Shown here: piece by piece, positions 60,001 through 64,000 of the stretch
Layout of the letters: each line of letters starts with the position of its first letter
How positions within the stretch are numbered: the first letter of the stretch is position 1
Source: Amphiscolops sp. MND2022
Lineage: Eukaryota
NCBI GenBank assembly: GCA_964187785.1
Contig: OZ076416.1
Coordinates: forward strand, 54,932,001-54,996,000
Length of the DNA: 64,000 nt
Reading direction: 5' to 3'
Program-made: the position numbers and the translations under genes
The notes under the pieces: model-generated
The model's input: the letters and a program-made list of their open reading frames with translations, nothing else
Database searches by the model: none
What the model was told of the DNA's origin: nothing

Positions 60001-63000
60001 ACGTACCACGGTGCTATTTAGGGTTAAGGACGGCTCCGACTTTGGAGTTGAAATTTGTACTCTGAATTCAAATAGAGGGAAAACTTTGATATTTGCATTA
60101 GATTCATATACCCCAGATTAGGAGACAAAAAAGCCGACTGGGGATAAAATAAGCGCAATAAAAACATCAAATTGGCGAAGCCTACAAATGCACAGAAAAA
60201 TAAAGTACGGTCTGACCGAAAAAATAATAGGCGGTATTTACACAAGTGTTTTTTTATGGCTTACGGCTATTCAAGCGCGTACAAGAGGGATTTGATAGGA
60301 TATTTTCGCAGATGAAGAAGCAAAATTATAATGAAAACATTCAAATAAAAGCATTGCTGAACAAATAATGAAGCGAAAATATTGCATTGAAAAGTGCACG
60401 ATAAACTCCGCCTTATAATTAGGGAACCACAAGGAAAATATGAGGTGTCCCAGCTAAAACAACAAGAAATTTTTAAGATTAATTTACATGCATAAGTCTC
60501 TAGAGAAGAAGCATCAACAGAATATAAGCATCTTCTTTTCATGCTACCAATAGCTGCAGCAACTTCAGGAAAAATACAAATCACCTTGAAAGGCCTGCTC
60601 AATGTCTGTGCTGGTTTTGCTGCTGGACAAATATTCCAACATACTCTGGCGATCCAAATAATAGGGACAACCGTGTAATGTTTTGGACTAAAAATCGGTA
60701 ACAACCCTCTCATTAACACCACTACTAAAGTTTTACATCATATCAGCGGGTTTTTTGAAAAGATAGCTTCCGAGATACACAAAGAACGACAACGAATTCG
60801 TCAATCAGAAAGCAGTTTTGCCTAAAATGCACTTTCTCACTGAACCCTCATACACAATCCTGTTTACTGAATACTTAATTCAAGTTTTTTTCAAGCTGTA
60901 AAAGTTTTTCAATCGAATACCCGAATTCAGACCCCCTTCTAATTTAGACCCGCTTTCATGAAATTTTCACGACGAGACAATGACCCCCTCTTATTGTGAC
61001 TTTCCTCTCATTTGGATACTCAGAAAAGAAGCATTCAAACTGCAAAATATTCGTGAAACCTGCACTTGAAGATGAAAGTTTCCTATTTTCCAATTATAAA
61101 GCGGAGTTTATCACACAGTGATAATTTCGGACCCACTATTGTCTCAGTTGGATTTTGTTGACCTCCTGAATCTAAAAAGAAATAGAACCTCTAACCAACT
61201 TCTACTGAACTACACATGGCAATTGCGGAAACATGAAATAACTCAGGAAAAGACCCTGAAATTAGTTATGGTTTGACTAAAAGCGAACAGCAGAAAAATA
61301 CTTTTTTCAAATGAAAAACCTATAGAGCACAATGCCAGAAAACGAACTTTTAGCACGCTGAAAAACGGTTGAGTAGTTTTAAGAGTTTTTTCATGTCGCT
61401 GGTAGCCATGAGCGCTTCCCAAGCAGACAGCCTTGGTTTCGATGTCTGCCGAGGACCTAAGTTCTTTGTTTACACACATTGACGTGTGTCCTCCCTTTGT
61501 TTTTTCGGTAATTTGACGGTATTTTTTTCGGAATTTTTTTCACCAAATGCCCCCCTTTCCCGTGTTTCAATTTTTAAAAAGACGTTTTCAAGGCCTTAAA
61601 GTTCTCATTTTGGGGTTTTCGGCACTGTGCGACTTTTTTTCGACAATTTCTAAAATCAATTAGGGTATTTTTTGATGTTTTTCATCAAGGGTAAAACTCT
61701 TTTCAGGCCGCAGGTTGCCCCCTCCTCGGATATTTTTACCACTCTTCCTAAAAGCCACCCTGAGCATATTTATGAGACTTCGAGCTTTTTGAGATTTAAG
61801 CGGCGCCGACTTTAGACGGTCCAAACTTAATGTGTGACTTTTTTTATTCCAACGAAGGGGGCCAAAAAAACTAAAAAAGACTTCTAAAACTTTTAACTAA
61901 AGACGTTAAAAAAACAAAGGAGGAACCCTTCGATGGAATAAAAAATGTCGCACAATGCCAAAAAACACCCAAAGGAGTTATCTTCTGGTCTCATACAGCT
62001 TAGTCATTCAATTGGAAATGTTGAAAAATTAGATTCTAGCAAGAATCGAACTCTGTTCAGCCGCTCCGACAGCAAGCGCTGTAATCACTAGGACGACAAG
62101 CATCCCACAAACTCCAACTGCCATCTATCGGAGAATTCAGAACATTCAAGATGACTGCAAAGGTATTACGTCAGGGAAAACCACAGCAAGAAAGGGGATT
62201 TCAGTTTGATTCAATTTCAAAGATGTTCAAAGATTCGAGTTCAAGCGATTCTACATTGAATTTTCCCTCAAGATTGTTTTTGACCCTCTCCTTATTTAAA
62301 AACTCGAAGGATTTGCCAACCGCCTCTCTCTCTCATTTTAATAAACACCCTTCCCTGGGTAATTAAGCACAACAGAGTATCCATCCAATCTCTCAAAACA
62401 CCTCTGCACAGCACCTGAGATACTTTAGTTTTTCTTGAGATTACACAGCTGAAAGTGACAGATTTATTTTTCATAGGTAACCAGATAATTCAATTTAATC
62501 TTGAAAACGAACCACTTCCACGAGAAGACTCAGATGAAGCCTTGAAGAAGCCCCGACTGACTTCTTTTTGTGACAAATGGCGATGTCCCTATTAGGGTTC
62601 AACTATTGTTTTAATATATCAAAATAGTTCCAAGAACACCGAAGGGTCCTTTTCGAAATCTCTCGGGGCCTCAGGAGGCGGATCCTAAATTGACATCCCC
62701 AAGTTGACTCTGAGCTAACTCGAATTTGAAAATCGTCTAGGTTCAAATTTGGAAAAAGATCATTTGGGCTATTTCAAATTCACCCAAAGATGAGATGAAG
62801 CGACAAAAATAACGCGTGAGAAACTGAAAAAAAATTAATACACCAAACCAAAAATACTTTGAAAAACTAGACTCTTGAATTACTAGTGTTTGTTCCTAAT
62901 AAGAAAAACAACAGCTCTGGATGTATGGAAAAGTTTCGTTAAAAAGAAATGAAGCAAAATTCCATTCCATTTTCCTCGTTTTTTTTGCTACTGACATTTT

Positions 63001-63375
63001 AATAGACAAAATTGTTCGTTTTGTAGCTTTTTTGGAACCAAAATAACTACCAGTTCGAGTACTAGTGATTGCATGATTGTTATAGGGAAACACATGCCCC
63101 AAAACACATACTTGGAAGTTGTTGAGAGGCCTATAAACAACCAATATTCTTGAATGGAACTCTTTCAGCAGAATAACTGACACACGTGATATTGACCAAA
63201 ATGTTTTCTCCTCACTACAAGTACTTGGGTCTTGAACCAATACGCAAATAATGAAACCGATGGTCATGCCAAACAATGGGGAAGGGAGAGACAGAATAGA
63301 AAAGACGAAATTTTGTTTATACATGTATGTTCCAAGAAAAACACTTAGCGACTCCAACCCGGCAAAGCTGGAACA

Positions 63376-64000
63376 AACAAGCCGGGAACGGGCAAGTCGG
63401 CGCCATATCTAAGACTCAAAAATAGCAAAATGACTTCAAAAAGTTAAAGTATTGGTGAATCGGGGACCCTTTTATGAAAAAAATTCAGAAAAGTCTCACA
63501 ATGCCGAAAGAAAACTGAAAGGGGGACACTTTGGGATTTTTCAGCATCCATTCTGTCGGAAAATATCAAAAAATTGAAGGGGAGACGAAAAAAAGTCTCA
63601 CAGAGCCGAAAATACTCTAAGGGAATACCCTTTGCCCCTTGGAGTTTCTGAGATGATGTAAAAATACTACTTCGCAAGCTAAGTAACAATTGTAAAAATT
63701 TTAAGATTGTAAGAATTGTAAGAAAAGTGGACCATCCAGAGTGAGATTGTAGGCTGAGAAAGGAAAAACAAGACGGGAATGTCTAAGGTCGGCGCTATAT
63801 CTAAGGCTCAAAAAGCGCAAACGACTTTTTTTCGGAAAAAAACTTGAAATTTTCGAATTTTTTTCTTTCAGAATATGTCGCATAGTGCCGCAAAATGTAA
63901 AAGGAGGGACCATTTGGGCTTTACTAACATATGTTCTGTTGCAAAATTTCAAAAAAACTCGAAAGGGAGACTCTTTTGGGACATTAAAAAAATTTCGGAA
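63376..64000 (-). mobile_element. Two family A copies (termini at 63376 and 63767); the second runs off the window
   Basis: AACAAGCCGGGAACGGGCAAGTCGGCGCC and AACAAGACGGGAATGTCTAAGGTCGGCGC with internal repeats. Confidence 0.75.

Larger units (their letters stand above)
53706..61353 (+). repeat. Head-to-tail tandem duplication, 2 x 3824 bp (53706-57529, 57530-61353)
   Basis: All four ORF pairs are offset by exactly 3824 with identical translations; no difference was seen in spot checks; breakpoints read ...CTTTTAG|TTCCGG and ...CTTTTAG|CACG. Confidence 0.97.

Noticed and set aside
62896-63357. 153-aa minus-strand ORF
   Set aside because: Non-ATG start next to a family A terminus, no recognisable motif, no consistent splice sites; a homology search would be needed to revive it.

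Overview
AT-rich eukaryotic (metazoan-type) genomic DNA; the organism cannot be identified from the sequence. One host gene is well supported: an intact six-exon galactokinase (GALK1-type, 406 aa) on the minus strand, 12661-25481, with GT-AG introns. Most of the rest is transposon-derived. Positions 1-9240 are a tandem array of 15 units of 583-622 bp that runs off the left edge; each unit joins a hAT transposase C-terminal dimerisation-domain fragment (+) tail-to-tail with a LINE-ORF1-like fragment (-). Also present: two abundant Helentron/DINE-1-like non-autonomous families with internal tandem repeats; three hAT elements with 8-bp TSDs; a Tc1/mariner-type MITE 63 bp upstream of the galK ATG; an RTEX-like LINE nested in a hAT element; a decayed CsRn1/Kabuki-like Ty3/Gypsy element (tRNA-Trp PBS) carrying three nested insertions; a 116-bp near-perfect hairpin in galK intron 1; and an exact 3824-bp tandem duplication. 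A second, divergent + strand gene (about 30.6-35 kb) is possible but unidentified. No CRISPR array, rRNA or intact tRNA was found. Family assignments come from motif recognition by eye, not database searches.
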